Below, piece by piece: positions 27,844-37,866 of a stretch of 64,000 bases of DNA. A model generated the notes under the pieces. It did not search any database. It was not told the origin of the DNA and was given only the letters and a program-made list of their open reading frames with translations. The stretch's first letter is position 1. Each line of letters begins with the position of its first letter. Source of the DNA: Planctomycetota bacterium (GTDB lineage Bacteria; Planctomycetota; UBA1135); NCBI GenBank assembly GCA_045047305.1, contig JASFYO010000010.1:4680-68679 (forward strand), written 5' to 3'. The position numbers were made by a program, and so were the translations under genes.

Positions 27844-30800
27844 CTAAGAGTTGGTCTCCATTTCCTTCTCGACCACGACCTCGCGATCAGCCGCAGCGCC
27901 TTGATCCAAACGAGCACGCGCTGGGTCCACGGCCTCGGCGTTGGAAAGATCAAGCTCTCCTTCACCTGCCACTTGATCGAGTTGCACGCTCACTACCATG
28001 GAGACGCCACGTTTACGCATGGTGACACCAAAGAGGCGTTCACAACGCGACATGGTGATGCGGTTGTGGGTCACGACCAAGAACTGCGTAGTCCCCGTGA
28101 AGTCGCCCAGCACGTCTACGAAGCGCTCTACGTTGGCATCGTCCAGGGCGGCATCGACTTCGTCTAAGAGACAGAATGGCGACGGGCGCGATTGGAAAAC
28201 CGCAAGTAGCAGTGCAAGAGCGGTCAAGGTGCGTTCACCACCCGACAGAAGGTTGATCGAACGCAATTCCTTGCCAGGAGGGCGCACCGTGATTTCAATA
28301 CCTGCATCGAGCGGATCGACATCGGCCTCGAGTTGAATCGAAGCTTTACCGCCACGGAATAAGCGGCGGAAGATGTGCTCGAACTCCCCTTGCACCTTAT
28401 TGAACGTCTCCACAAAGCGCTCCCGACACTTGATATCGAGTTCCTCGAGGGTGTCCTCTAAGTTGGTTTTAGCTCCAACGAGGTCATCACGCTCACGGAT
28501 GAGAAAGGATTCACGCTCTTGACGATCTTCTAATTCCTGAACGGCATCGAGATTCACCGATCCAATGCTCTCGATTTTCTTCTTCAGCTGATGCAATTCC
28601 TGGCGCCAAGCATAGGCATCGGCATCTTCTGGAAGTGGAATGGAAGAATCAATCTCTAGGCTGCGTGCCAGGTCTTCGAGCGGCTGCCCAAACTCCTCCA
28701 CCACACCACGAATCAGCTCATCCAACTGCATTTGCACCTTTTGCACATCCAAGGCCAGTGCTTGACGCTGCTCAAGCAAGCGCTCCATGTGTCCACTTCC
28801 ATCTGCGTTGCGCGCTCTTGCACCATGCAAAACTTCCGTAGCACGTTGCAATTGCGTTGCAGCATCATCCACACGCTCTGCGATTTCTGCGCGACGCTCT
28901 AACAAAGTGGAACGTTCGACACGCGCCTTCTCCGCTTCTTCGCGCAAGGCCACACAACCCTTTTCCAAGTCGGTGATTTCTGATTTAAGGCTACCGTGCT
29001 CGCGGGTTTGCTTCTCGGTGCGAGTCAAAAGTTCTGCATGACGCTGGCGCCAATGCTTAAACTCGGTTTCCAAACCAGAATGCCCAACTCGAGCTTCTTG
29101 TTGGGATTGCGATGCGCTTTCAAAGGCTGCGTCCTTTTCATCTGCAACACTCTGTAGCTCTTCCAATTCTTCATTGCAACGCACCCGATTTGCCTCCACG
29201 GCATCGCGGCGTTCTGCGGCCTCCTCCTCTGCCTTGGTGGTAGTTTCGACGACCTCCGCCAACTGTTTGGCTTCCTGGTCCATTGCTGCCAGCTCTTCGG
29301 CCAAGCCTTTCGCACGACGTTCTACTCCTTGGAAGCGTGCGCGGCAATCCTCACGCACTGCGACTGCTTTGCGCAAAACCACATCCGCTTCCCGTGCTGC
29401 AATCTCTGCGCTCACAAGTGACTTTGCTACTGCTTCTTCAAGGGCAAAAGCACCATCAAACTCGATTTGAGCTTCTTTCAAAGTGCTTGCGGCCAAGTCG
29501 CGCTCATTCCGACGTGCAAGACGACCAGTGGAGTCCTCGGCGAGCACTCCGCAACGTAGGTAGCCTCGGCCCTGAATGGCGCCGTTCGCACTGAGGAATA
29601 GTGCTTGTGGATGCTTCGCTGCAAGAGCTTCGGCATCGGCGCTTTCGTCGACACAGTAAACCGCACCCAAGCGGGCGCACAAGGCATCGCATGCGGCTTC
29701 ATTGCCGGTCAATAAAGAACGTAAGGAACGGGTTCCACCGATCTCTATTGGGGTTTCCGCTTGCCCTTGCAACGGGAAGAAAAAGTCATACATGCCATCG
29801 GCCAAATTCTTGGCAGCACTGCGGTCGTCTAACCAAATCGCATGCTGTAAACGGCCAAGCAAGTTTTCCAATAAACGGTCCCATGGTTGCTCAATCTGAA
29901 CATCCTCCAGAATCCAACTTCCGACGCCTTCGTGTTTCGCCTCTAAGAATTTGCGCAGATAGTCGGGGACTCCTGGCATTTCTTCGTCGATGGCTTGGAA
30001 GGCTTCCAGACGTGCGGAAGCTGAGGCGCGGCGTTGGCGTGCTTCATGTGCAACTTTGGCATAGCCGCTGCGCTCATCCTTGAGCCGCGAGACTTCCTCT
30101 GCGGTAGTACTGCCTGCTTCTTGCGCCTTCTTGGCTGCGGTTTCAAGACCATTCAAAGTCAGGCCGAGTTCGCCAAACTCCTTTTCGGAAGAAGCGCTCT
30201 CTGCAGAAATCTCCACCCGACGACGCTTTAACGCCGACTGACCGCCTTCGGCCTCACTACGCCGTTTCGCGGCATTTGCAACTTGGTTATTCCATCGCGT
30301 GCGCTCTTGCAAGGCATCTAGTACCGTGCGACGCAACCCCTCCATTCGATCCCGCTGAGTGCGACGTGCCTCACGAGCTTCTGCGAAAGCGGCTTCGGCT
30401 TCTTTCAAAACCGCTGCGGTCTTCTCCAGACCTTCAGTGAGACGGGTCTGCTCTTGCAATAGGCCTGAGGCTGCATCGGCATCCTCTTGTTTCTCACTGG
30501 TAAGCGAAGTCAAACGCAGGCGGTCACGCTGGATCCGTGTTTCGCCTTCACTGGCACGTGTTTCTAAACCGTGCACCCGCTCTTCTAAACCGGCGGCCTT
30601 CTCTTTAATCTCACCTGCCTCGGAGCGCAATGCGTCATGACGCTCACGCAAGGTTGACTCTTCCTTTTCCAACTCCGCTAACTTCGCCTGGACTTGGTCG
30701 CGCTCAACACGCAATCCTTCAACCTGGTTTTCCAGCTCCGCTTCTTTCGCACGCAGCTCTTGGTCTTGTTGCGACCAAGCCGCGTTATCGCTCAAGGCGA

Positions 30801-31485
30801 AACGCACGCGCAGTTCACGATGGCGGTCGCGCATCTCGACAAAGCGTTTGGCTTTACCAGCCTGCAAACGCAAAGAACGCACAGCCCGAGAAACTTCCTC
30901 GAGTACGTCTTCGACGCGCGACAAATCTTGATCGACCCGCTTAAGCTTCAATTTCGCTTCATGCTTGCGTGCCTTGTAGCGCGAAATACCAGCTGCTTCT
31001 TCAAACACGCTGCGGCGTTCATCTGGGTTCGCAGCAAGTACGGCGTCGATTTTGCCTTGCGCCAACACCATGTAGCCTTGCACGCCAAGGCCGGTATCTA
31101 AAAGCACTTCGCGCACATCCTTGCGCCGCACTTTGCGGCCGTGAAGCAGATACTCTGCATCGCCTCCTGCAAACAAGCGGCGCCCAACCGCAAGTTCTCC
31201 ACCAGGTTCCACAATTTTGCCTTCTGGATCTCCCAGAATGACCTCCACCATTGCGTATGGTGCCGCTGCTCGACCTTCAGCACCTTTGAAGATGACGTCG
31301 TCCATAGCATCGGCGCGCAATGCTTTGGCAGAGCGCTCTCCCATGACCCAAAGCAGGGCATCTACCACATTGGACTTGCCGCAACCATTGGGGCCGACAA
31401 TACCAGTTAAACCACGCTCAACAGGGATGACGGTGCGGTCGGCGAAGGACTTAAAGCCTTCCAGTTCGATTCGTTTCAGGTACAT
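27844..31485 (-). CDS. smc: Chromosome segregation protein SMC
   Basis: LEGFKSFAD, Walker A GPNGCGKSN, long coiled coils, GSVNLDA, LLSGGE, PFCLLDEVDAALD, VTH. Confidence 0.96.
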   Translation of the reverse strand: MYLKRIELEGFKSFADRTVIPVERGLTGIVGPNGCGKSNVVDALLWVMGERSAKALRADAMDDVIFKGAEGRAAAPYAMVEVILGDPEGKIVEPGGELAVGRRLFAGGDAEYLLHGRKVRRKDVREVLLDTGLGVQGYMVLAQGKIDAVLAANPDERRSVFEEAAGISRYKARKHEAKLKLKRVDQDLSRVEDVLEEVSRAVRSLRLQAGKAKRFVEMRDRHRELRVRFALSDNAAWSQQDQELRAKEAELENQVEGLRVERDQVQAKLAELEKEESTLRERHDALRSEAGEIKEKAAGLEERVHGLETRASEGETRIQRDRLRLTSLTSEKQEDADAASGLLQEQTRLTEGLEKTAAVLKEAEAAFAEAREARRTQRDRMEGLRRTVLDALQERTRWNNQVANAAKRRSEAEGGQSALKRRRVEISAESASSEKEFGELGLTLNGLETAAKKAQEAGSTTAEEVSRLKDERSGYAKVAHEARQRRASASARLEAFQAIDEEMPGVPDYLRKFLEAKHEGVGSWILEDVQIEQPWDRLLENLLGRLQHAIWLDDRSAAKNLADGMYDFFFPLQGQAETPIEIGGTRSLRSLLTGNEAACDALCARLGAVYCVDESADAEALAAKHPQALFLSANGAIQGRGYLRCGVLAEDSTGRLARRNERDLAASTLKEAQIEFDGAFALEEAVAKSLVSAEIAAREADVVLRKAVAVREDCRARFQGVERRAKGLAEELAAMDQEAKQLAEVVETTTKAEEEAAERRDAVEANRVRCNEELEELQSVADEKDAAFESASQSQQEARVGHSGLETEFKHWRQRHAELLTRTEKQTREHGSLKSEITDLEKGCVALREEAEKARVERSTLLERRAEIAERVDDAATQLQRATEVLHGARARNADGSGHMERLLEQRQALALDVQKVQMQLDELIRGVVEEFGQPLEDLARSLEIDSSIPLPEDADAYAWRQELHQLKKKIESIGSVNLDAVQELEDRQERESFLIRERDDLVGAKTNLEDTLEELDIKCRERFVETFNKVQGEFEHIFRRLFRGGKASIQLEADVDPLDAGIEITVRPPGKELRSINLLSGGERTLTALALLLAVFQSRPSPFCLLDEVDAALDDANVERFVDVLGDFTGTTQFLVVTHNRITMSRCERLFGVTMRKRGVSMVVSVQLDQVAGEGELDLSNAEAVDPARARLDQGAAADREVVVEKEMETNS

Positions 31486-31491
31486 GAAAAA

Positions 31492-33189
31492 TTAGGATTC
31501 ACGCGCAGCAGATGGGCGCCGGTCTGGAGGGTTCGAGAGACGGACGATGAGATGACTCTCGAGTAAAGCAGCGGCCGGAAGTTCCAGCCATGGGGCGGTG
31601 TCTAGAGCCATGGACAACATGTCATCCGACGATGCCCCGGGCATCCAGCCACAAGTATGTTCTTTAGGTCCAAAAATCCCACTGCGCTCTGCCAGACGGA
31701 ATCCGGCTGCACGAGCATGCGGAGGACAGGTATATTCCAAACGCAAGCCAGCCTTTTTGGTGGCGCGTTCAAAGCGGTCACGCAATGCCAAAATAAGACG
31801 TCTGGAACGGACACTGCGTAAGGCAGAATCTGGAAAAAGGATGTCGAGTGCTTTGGGCAAGCCAGAGGGAGTCAGATGAACTCGTGGATGTTCGCCTGCT
31901 TTGGCACGATCACAAATTGCAGCGAGGGTGCCACAAGTCAAATCCAAAGATTCTTGAGTCTGCGCCAAAAAGTCATCCACCTGCAAAGGCCCAGCCTCCA
32001 CGGCGGCTTGGATGAGGTCTATCGCAGCACCCTGATTCAAGCGACGCTCACTCAACTCTGCAGCCAAAGGATAACGGGTTGGTGGTTGCCACTGCACCGA
32101 AGTTTTCCCTAGCGCCACCAGTGCGAGAGCCGTTTTGCGCTCAGCATGCAATAACGGATGCGCCGGAATACGATGCCAAACCCCAGCCTCTGCCCATTTC
32201 TGCGCCAGCTCTAGGGAGGATGTGGCGAAACGTAAATGCATCCCGGGGCCAGTAAGCCATTGCGGCGCATTCACCGACAAACTTCCATGCGCACGGGAAG
32301 CTGGCCAAAACACCTGTACCTCATGCGCGCGCAAACGGGCTTCTGCCACTCGTTTCCAGAAGGCGGTTTCGGATTCTTCCGGCTCTGGATGCAACCATAA
32401 CCGCAATGGACGCATCCAATCTCCTAGAGCAAGCAGGTCGAAACGTCCTGCGCGCCAAGCTTCAAGCTGCGCTGCGGAAAGGACTTCCTCCAAGGCAAAC
32501 CGAGCCAACAATTCACTGCCTAGCAGTGGACGCGCATCTTGGCCCTGCGGACCTAAACTCGGCAAACCGGGAGCGCCAACTTCAGAAGGCATACATTCAC
32601 CCCCGAGCCACGCACGCAACTGGCGACGTTCAATCCCCAGGCTTTCTGCATGCATCGGGCCACCGCGCAGCCCCATGGTGCGGCATTCATTTTCGGTTAA
32701 CGCACTGACCAACCGCCCAGTTAAATGTTTGCTACCAATCGCTACGAGGCGACGTTCAACGCGCCTGGCAACGCTGCGTGCAACACTGCTCTCCAAATAC
32801 AGATCACGCATAAGGGAGCGTGCGACACGCGCGCGATCCCAGAGGTTCGAGACGGCATCCTTGCCTGAAGGCGTAAACACCCGCAAACCAGCCTTAATCT
32901 CTGATTCTTCCATGCGGTACCAGGCATAGGCATCGGCCGCCTGAGTACATTCGTAAAGCCGCAGGACAGCAACCACCTCTTCAGCCAGACGTTCGCTTTC
33001 AATGCGACCCATTGGGTTCGATGCGCGTACCCAAACAGTTTCTACAAACTGCTCGGCAAGCAAGGAGTGATCTCCTCCAGCAGCAAGCGCGTTTGCAATC
33101 GATTCGCTTAAGCGGTGACGGTCGAAACTTTGTTCGCTGCCATCACGTTTCACGACACGGCGGATATCAGCGTTTTTGGCCACTTCCAC
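31492..33189 (-). CDS. Tandem ATP-cone protein with a degenerate class III ribonucleotide reductase (NrdD)-like core, predicted inactive
   Basis: ATP cone 1 [19 protein letters not shown] cone 2 [10 protein letters not shown]...LTGRLVSAL; NrdD-like segments without catalytic Cys, Zn ribbon or RxxGY loop. Confidence 0.7.
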   Translation of the reverse strand: MEVAKNADIRRVVKRDGSEQSFDRHRLSESIANALAAGGDHSLLAEQFVETVWVRASNPMGRIESERLAEEVVAVLRLYECTQAADAYAWYRMEESEIKAGLRVFTPSGKDAVSNLWDRARVARSLMRDLYLESSVARSVARRVERRLVAIGSKHLTGRLVSALTENECRTMGLRGGPMHAESLGIERRQLRAWLGGECMPSEVGAPGLPSLGPQGQDARPLLGSELLARFALEEVLSAAQLEAWRAGRFDLLALGDWMRPLRLWLHPEPEESETAFWKRVAEARLRAHEVQVFWPASRAHGSLSVNAPQWLTGPGMHLRFATSSLELAQKWAEAGVWHRIPAHPLLHAERKTALALVALGKTSVQWQPPTRYPLAAELSERRLNQGAAIDLIQAAVEAGPLQVDDFLAQTQESLDLTCGTLAAICDRAKAGEHPRVHLTPSGLPKALDILFPDSALRSVRSRRLILALRDRFERATKKAGLRLEYTCPPHARAAGFRLAERSGIFGPKEHTCGWMPGASSDDMLSMALDTAPWLELPAAALLESHLIVRLSNPPDRRPSAARES

Positions 33190-33637
33190 CTTCGAGGAAT
33201 GGTTTTAGTTCCGTGACAAACTGTTCAACGTCTTTAAATTCCCGATAGACCGAGGCAAAACGAACATAGGCCACTTGGTCGAGCTTTTTCAACTCTTCCA
33301 TGACTAGTTGCCCGATGTATTTGCTGCCGACTTCGCGGTCGAACATCTCGGTCAGGCGGCGTTCAATTCCAGCAGTAATCTTCTCCAACTCCTCCATCGA
33401 TACTGGACGCTTCTCACACGCCTTCAGGATCCCTTTCAGAATCTGGCCACGATCAAATGGAACGCGCGAGCCATCCTTCTTCACCACGCGCAACGGAGTT
33501 TCCTCCATCCGCTCGTAGGTTGTGAAGCGGCGACTGCAATCCATGCATTCCCGGCGACGGCGAATGGAGAACCCATCAGCGGCGGAACGCGAGTCAATGA
33601 CTCGGTCATGATCTGCTTGGCAATAAGGACAGCGCAT
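33167..33637 (-). CDS. nrdR: Transcriptional repressor NrdR
   Basis: MRCPYC...VIDSR...[22 protein letters not shown] cone [21 protein letters not shown]. Confidence 0.98.
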   Translation of the reverse strand: MRCPYCQADHDRVIDSRSAADGFSIRRRRECMDCSRRFTTYERMEETPLRVVKKDGSRVPFDRGQILKGILKACEKRPVSMEELEKITAGIERRLTEMFDREVGSKYIGQLVMEELKKLDQVAYVRFASVYREFKDVEQFVTELKPFLEGGSGQKR

Positions 33638-33679
33638 CGGACAACCCGTGGTAGAGCTCGGGTTACAGAACCCTTTTTA

Positions 33680-33695
33680 CCACAACACCTAGTGG
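33680..33695. promoter_or_regulatory. Putative NrdR box upstream of nrdR
   Basis: CCACAACACCTAGTGG, inside ACCAC-N8-GTGGT, matches 11 of 16 positions of the consensus acaCwAtATaTwGtgt; about 43 nt upstream of the nrdR start. Confidence 0.7.
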
Positions 33696-33741
33696 TGTTC
33701 TAGGCATAGAGGGGCTTGAGACCCTTTTATTTTACAACTTC

Positions 33742-35124
33742 CTATTTTCCTATGCAAAAATCAGCGAACAAGCGGTCCAGGACGTCCTCAGGGGTAGCCT
33801 CGCCCACCAATTCTGCGAGACTGGCCAGAGCGCTGCGGATGTCCTCGGCCACTAGGTCCTGATGACCGCCACCCGCATCCCATTCTTGCCCCTGCTGGAT
33901 GCTTAAAATGGCCTCACGAAGCGCCTGTTGATGCCTGGCGGAATGTCGCGCGGCCTGTAAATGAGCATCTTCCGATTGCTGAAATGCCTCAAAGGTGACG
34001 GACTCGAGCCGCTCCACGCCATCGCCAGTTTTGGAGCTTATTTCCACTTCGGGCACTTCACCAAGCAAGCCTTGAAGCTTTTGCTTTAACTCCATCGAAG
34101 CCGATCCAAGCGCGCGGTCCGCTTGAGACCACAGGATTACGACTGGAGCTTCAGGAAGTGCCACAGGTAAAGTCGAAGGCTCCTCATTGTTTGGAAGACA
34201 AAACCACACAAGATCCAGAGCAGCATCTTCTTGCTGCGCCAACTTACGTGCGGAGGCGTCATGCACATCCACCGCCTCGCCGCCAAAACCAGGAAAGTCG
34301 ACCAGGGTGATAGGAATTTCGAGTTGTGGAATTCGCCAGTTGGCTTCCCGTCGGTCTCGGGTGGTACCGGCCTGCTGACTAATCAAACTTGGCTTACCAC
34401 TGAGTGTTTGGAACAAACTGCTCTTGCCCGCATTGGGTGGCCCAAACAAACCAACGCGAAATTGTCCACCATGGCGCAATTGCCGATTCTCCTCTGCAGC
34501 AAGCCCTTGGCGTAAAACATCCAGCGCTTGGACTAGGAAATGCCCGACTTCCCCTGGCTCCAAATCTTGGCTGTCGCCTTCTTCAAAATCCAGGCCGGCT
34601 TCCAACTCGACTAAGGCGGAAAGCAAAACATCGCGGCATTCCGTGAGCGGTGCGGCAAGGCTCCCACCAAGTAAACGTGCTGCAGATAGTGCGCCACCCT
34701 GGGAACGAGATTGGACTAACTCGAGCACCGCTTCGGCTTGGGTCAAATCAAGGCGCCCACGCAGGAAAGCACGTCGGGTGAACTCACCAGGTTCCGCTAA
34801 GCGGGCACCGCGGGCTTGGAGCTGCTCCATCAAAGCATCGAGGATAGGCATGGAGCCAGGCAGATGAATTTCTATGACATCCTCCCCCGTGGCCGATGCC
34901 GGCCCCTCGAAACAAAGAATCTGCAAGTCGACGGAAACACCGGGTAGCACTTCACACGGAGAAAAAAACACTCCACGCTTTCCAGAGAGCACATTTACAT
35001 CCGCCGGCAAATAGTGGTTTGCCTGCTCAAGAAGGCCAATGCCGCTTAAGCGAAGGACTGCCCTCGGCGCCGGACCACGTGGAGTAGCCGGCGCAACAAT
35101 GACATCTAGCTCAGGATTTAGCAC
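33742..35124 (-). CDS. mnmE: tRNA modification GTPase MnmE/TrmE (divergent)
   Basis: IVAPATP, SATGEDVIE, ARLAEPGEFTRRAFLRGRLDLTQAEAV, GPPNAGKSS, GTTRD, C-terminal FCIGK. Confidence 0.93.
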   Translation of the reverse strand: MLNPELDVIVAPATPRGPAPRAVLRLSGIGLLEQANHYLPADVNVLSGKRGVFFSPCEVLPGVSVDLQILCFEGPASATGEDVIEIHLPGSMPILDALMEQLQARGARLAEPGEFTRRAFLRGRLDLTQAEAVLELVQSRSQGGALSAARLLGGSLAAPLTECRDVLLSALVELEAGLDFEEGDSQDLEPGEVGHFLVQALDVLRQGLAAEENRQLRHGGQFRVGLFGPPNAGKSSLFQTLSGKPSLISQQAGTTRDRREANWRIPQLEIPITLVDFPGFGGEAVDVHDASARKLAQQEDAALDLVWFCLPNNEEPSTLPVALPEAPVVILWSQADRALGSASMELKQKLQGLLGEVPEVEISSKTGDGVERLESVTFEAFQQSEDAHLQAARHSARHQQALREAILSIQQGQEWDAGGGHQDLVAEDIRSALASLAELVGEATPEDVLDRLFADFCIGK

Positions 35125-36991
35125 CGGCCCTTTCAGCCAGGGCTACAGCCTGTGGGGAGCCAGGAACCGGCCAGCGCTTACGGATGACCTGCTGCTCAAA
35201 GATGCCGATGGCTGAACTGGTAATCATGTACAACGACAGGCCAGCTGCGTAGTTGTACAAAATGAGGCCGAACATAACCGGCATGAAGGCCATCATTTTC
35301 TGCATTTGTGCTTGCTGCTTATCCGCTGGCTTAGGCATGGAGCGTTGGTGCGTGACCCACAACACCACCATGATCAAAGGCAAGATGTTGAAGGTAGTGA
35401 TGTTACTGAAAGGCCAGAAACCAAGCACCGGGCCGGAAAACTGGATGAGAGCATCGGGCTTAGCTAAGTCATCAATCCAAAAGAAGAATGGTTCCTGCCG
35501 AATCAGAATGGAACTGCGCAAGGCTTGAAACAGACCGACAAAGATGGGCATCTGCAGGAACATCGGCAAGCAGCCTCCAATCGGCGGAGAAAGCTTGTGC
35601 TTCTGGTACATCTTCATGGTCTCCGCATTCTTCTTTTGCGAATCATTAGCGTACTTCTTATTAATGACTTCCAGTTGCGGCTTCACCTTGGCCATCTTGG
35701 CTTGATAAGCCGCCATTTTGACCTGGCTATGACGCATAATCGGGAACACTGCAGCCTTCACGACAATAGTCAACAGAATAATAGCCAACCCCCAATTCCC
35801 GACTAGGGTATGGAAGAAGGACATAATCCACAAAATGATCGGCGCGATATAAGCGGTGCCAAACATACGGTAGAAAAAGGAGCGTCCGTAATCTGCGTAA
35901 TGGATGACTTCTGACATTTCACCGTAAAGGCTTTCTGTCATGATGCGCGTATCCTTTGGACCGAAATACCAGCGGAACTGTTGACGCTCTGCCGTATCCG
36001 CCGCCGAAAGGTGCATGGTGAATCCGCCTGCAACCGAAGCGCGGCCCCAATACTCCGACGCAGGGTTGGTGACGACAGGTTCGCCATTGGCGTTCTCCAT
36101 GTCGTTACTGAATTGGAGGTCATCAAACAGGACCTCCGCCACAGCACCATCGAAACCGCGATCTCCAAGCGCCTCGATGCCAGAAAGGAAGTACTTCGAT
36201 CCTTCTACCACGAAAGGAATCCCAGTTGCTGTCCAGCGCTGAGCTACCGCGCGGTTTTCCCGAGGCTTCCCATTCGGAAGCATGAAGTCGACTTCATCCA
36301 GTTGGCCATACTCGCGCAAACCAACGCCAACGTATGGGTTGGGGTAAAATTTATCCGCAGTCATGCGAATACCCCCTCCAGTAGACAACTCAAACGTGAC
36401 GTCGCGACCAATCGAAACTTGGTCATGCGGAATGACCGTGACTTCCGCATCAAAGTGATAAACCCCTGGATCGAGGCGCATTTTTTTGATGACGGTAACC
36501 GCCGCGGGACTCTCCCAAGTGAAAGTCATGGCATTATGCTCAGCATCGAAGTCCACATCCCAAGTAACCGAATCCAAGTTCTTCTTCACCCCAGTTTCCT
36601 GGTTCGAAGGAATCAAGAAATCTGAGGACTCAAGCAGGCGGAATGCATCGCGACGGCGATAATCATTCAATCCGACACCAGGTTTTTCTTCGACCCAGTG
36701 GGCATCGTAAACCACCAACCAGTCTTGGTCAGTGACCTCGCCTTCATGTAGATCTTTGGTGAATTGCTTCAGCAAGACCCGGCCGCAAGAAGCGCCGGTA
36801 GCACTCCATTCGGAGCGGATGAACTCGTTCTCCAACACCAACGGGTATTCCGCTGGCGCAGGCACTTCGAAGCTCTCAAGCCATTTGGCTTGCTGTTTGG
36901 TTTGTTCCGGAGTCTTGTCCGGAACACACTGCTGCATGATGAAGACCGCGACGAGTCCCCAAAGTGCAATGGTTAAGATGCGTTTTCCCAT
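35111..36991 (-). CDS. yidC: Membrane protein insertase YidC
   Basis: Large periplasmic domain; GNWGLAIILLTIVVK, GGCLPMFLQMPIF, WIDDLAKPD, AGLSLY. Confidence 0.96.
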   Translation of the reverse strand: MGKRILTIALWGLVAVFIMQQCVPDKTPEQTKQQAKWLESFEVPAPAEYPLVLENEFIRSEWSATGASCGRVLLKQFTKDLHEGEVTDQDWLVVYDAHWVEEKPGVGLNDYRRRDAFRLLESSDFLIPSNQETGVKKNLDSVTWDVDFDAEHNAMTFTWESPAAVTVIKKMRLDPGVYHFDAEVTVIPHDQVSIGRDVTFELSTGGGIRMTADKFYPNPYVGVGLREYGQLDEVDFMLPNGKPRENRAVAQRWTATGIPFVVEGSKYFLSGIEALGDRGFDGAVAEVLFDDLQFSNDMENANGEPVVTNPASEYWGRASVAGGFTMHLSAADTAERQQFRWYFGPKDTRIMTESLYGEMSEVIHYADYGRSFFYRMFGTAYIAPIILWIMSFFHTLVGNWGLAIILLTIVVKAAVFPIMRHSQVKMAAYQAKMAKVKPQLEVINKKYANDSQKKNAETMKMYQKHKLSPPIGGCLPMFLQMPIFVGLFQALRSSILIRQEPFFFWIDDLAKPDALIQFSGPVLGFWPFSNITTFNILPLIMVVLWVTHQRSMPKPADKQQAQMQKMMAFMPVMFGLILYNYAAGLSLYMITSSAIGIFEQQVIRKRWPVPGSPQAVALAERAGAKS

Positions 36992-37022
36992 GGTGGAAAG
37001 CTATGTTGATTTCGTGATTGAC

Positions 37023-37787
37023 CTAACGGCCAACAATCAGACGTGCCGCCAAGGTGTCAGGAAGCCCAGCTTCTTGAATCCGCGTGGCAGCTTTTTGGTG
37101 ATCGTATTCAAGGCGACGCCAACGCAGGCTTTCCCCATCAAAAAGGGTGTAGCACAAACGTGGGTCTCCATCGCGGGGCTGCCCCACCGAGCCAACATTG
37201 ACTAAGTAGCGCTTATCCGCTTTAAGTTTTAGGGTGGCGTCGTGGCCTACCGCCTTTTCAAATTCTTGGCCTTCCTCAAACCAACCAGGATGGTGGGTAT
37301 GTCCGTAAAAAGTCAAACGATGATGCGCCGCCTTGAAGTTGGCCACCACGCGCTCACTGTTCCCGGCCAAGGTTGGCATGAGGTATTCCGCAAGTGGTTC
37401 GCGCGGAGAAGCGTGCACGATTTGCATCGACTCGTAGCCATTGGGCGACAATTCCATCGACGGCACTAGAGAACCCAACCAATCCCAGATCGGCCAATGC
37501 TCTTCTTTTTCCGGATCGAGTTTTTGCCGGGTCCAATCAATCGCACGCAGGGCGCGTTCGTTGAAACCGATGGCATCTTGGTCATCAAGCAAGGCGGCAT
37601 CGTGATTACCCTGGAGACAAACACTGCAGTGCTCTTGCACCAAGCGACAAACCTCATACGGCGCAGCGCCGTAGCCAATGACATCGCCTAGGCAGACGAT
37701 AGTATCGACACCCAATGACTCAATGTCATGGAGTGCCGTCTCCAACGCTTCTTGGTTGGAGTGCAGATCGGAGATGAAAGCAATCAA
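37023..37787 (-). CDS. Metallophosphoesterase family protein
   Basis: ISDLHSN, CLGDVIGYG, GNHD, HASP, GHTH, NVGSVGQPRDGDPR. Confidence 0.92.
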   Translation of the reverse strand: MIAFISDLHSNQEALETALHDIESLGVDTIVCLGDVIGYGAAPYEVCRLVQEHCSVCLQGNHDAALLDDQDAIGFNERALRAIDWTRQKLDPEKEEHWPIWDWLGSLVPSMELSPNGYESMQIVHASPREPLAEYLMPTLAGNSERVVANFKAAHHRLTFYGHTHHPGWFEEGQEFEKAVGHDATLKLKADKRYLVNVGSVGQPRDGDPRLCYTLFDGESLRWRRLEYDHQKAATRIQEAGLPDTLAARLIVGR

Positions 37788-37866
37788 GGGGTTTCACTAA
37801 CCAGGGCTTCCGCCGAAGTCAGATGGGCAGTATTCTCGTTCCCCTGTCTACTTGTCGCAACCCGTC

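Noticed and set aside
27844..31485. SMC as part of a Wadjet/MksBEF defence system
   Set aside because: It has canonical housekeeping Smc head motifs and length, and no jetA/B/D-like neighbours
32135..32929. 264-aa plus-strand ORF, and similar long antisense ORFs at 35981-36625 and 52045-52701
   Set aside because: They lie antisense to well-supported genes and show no recognisable motifs
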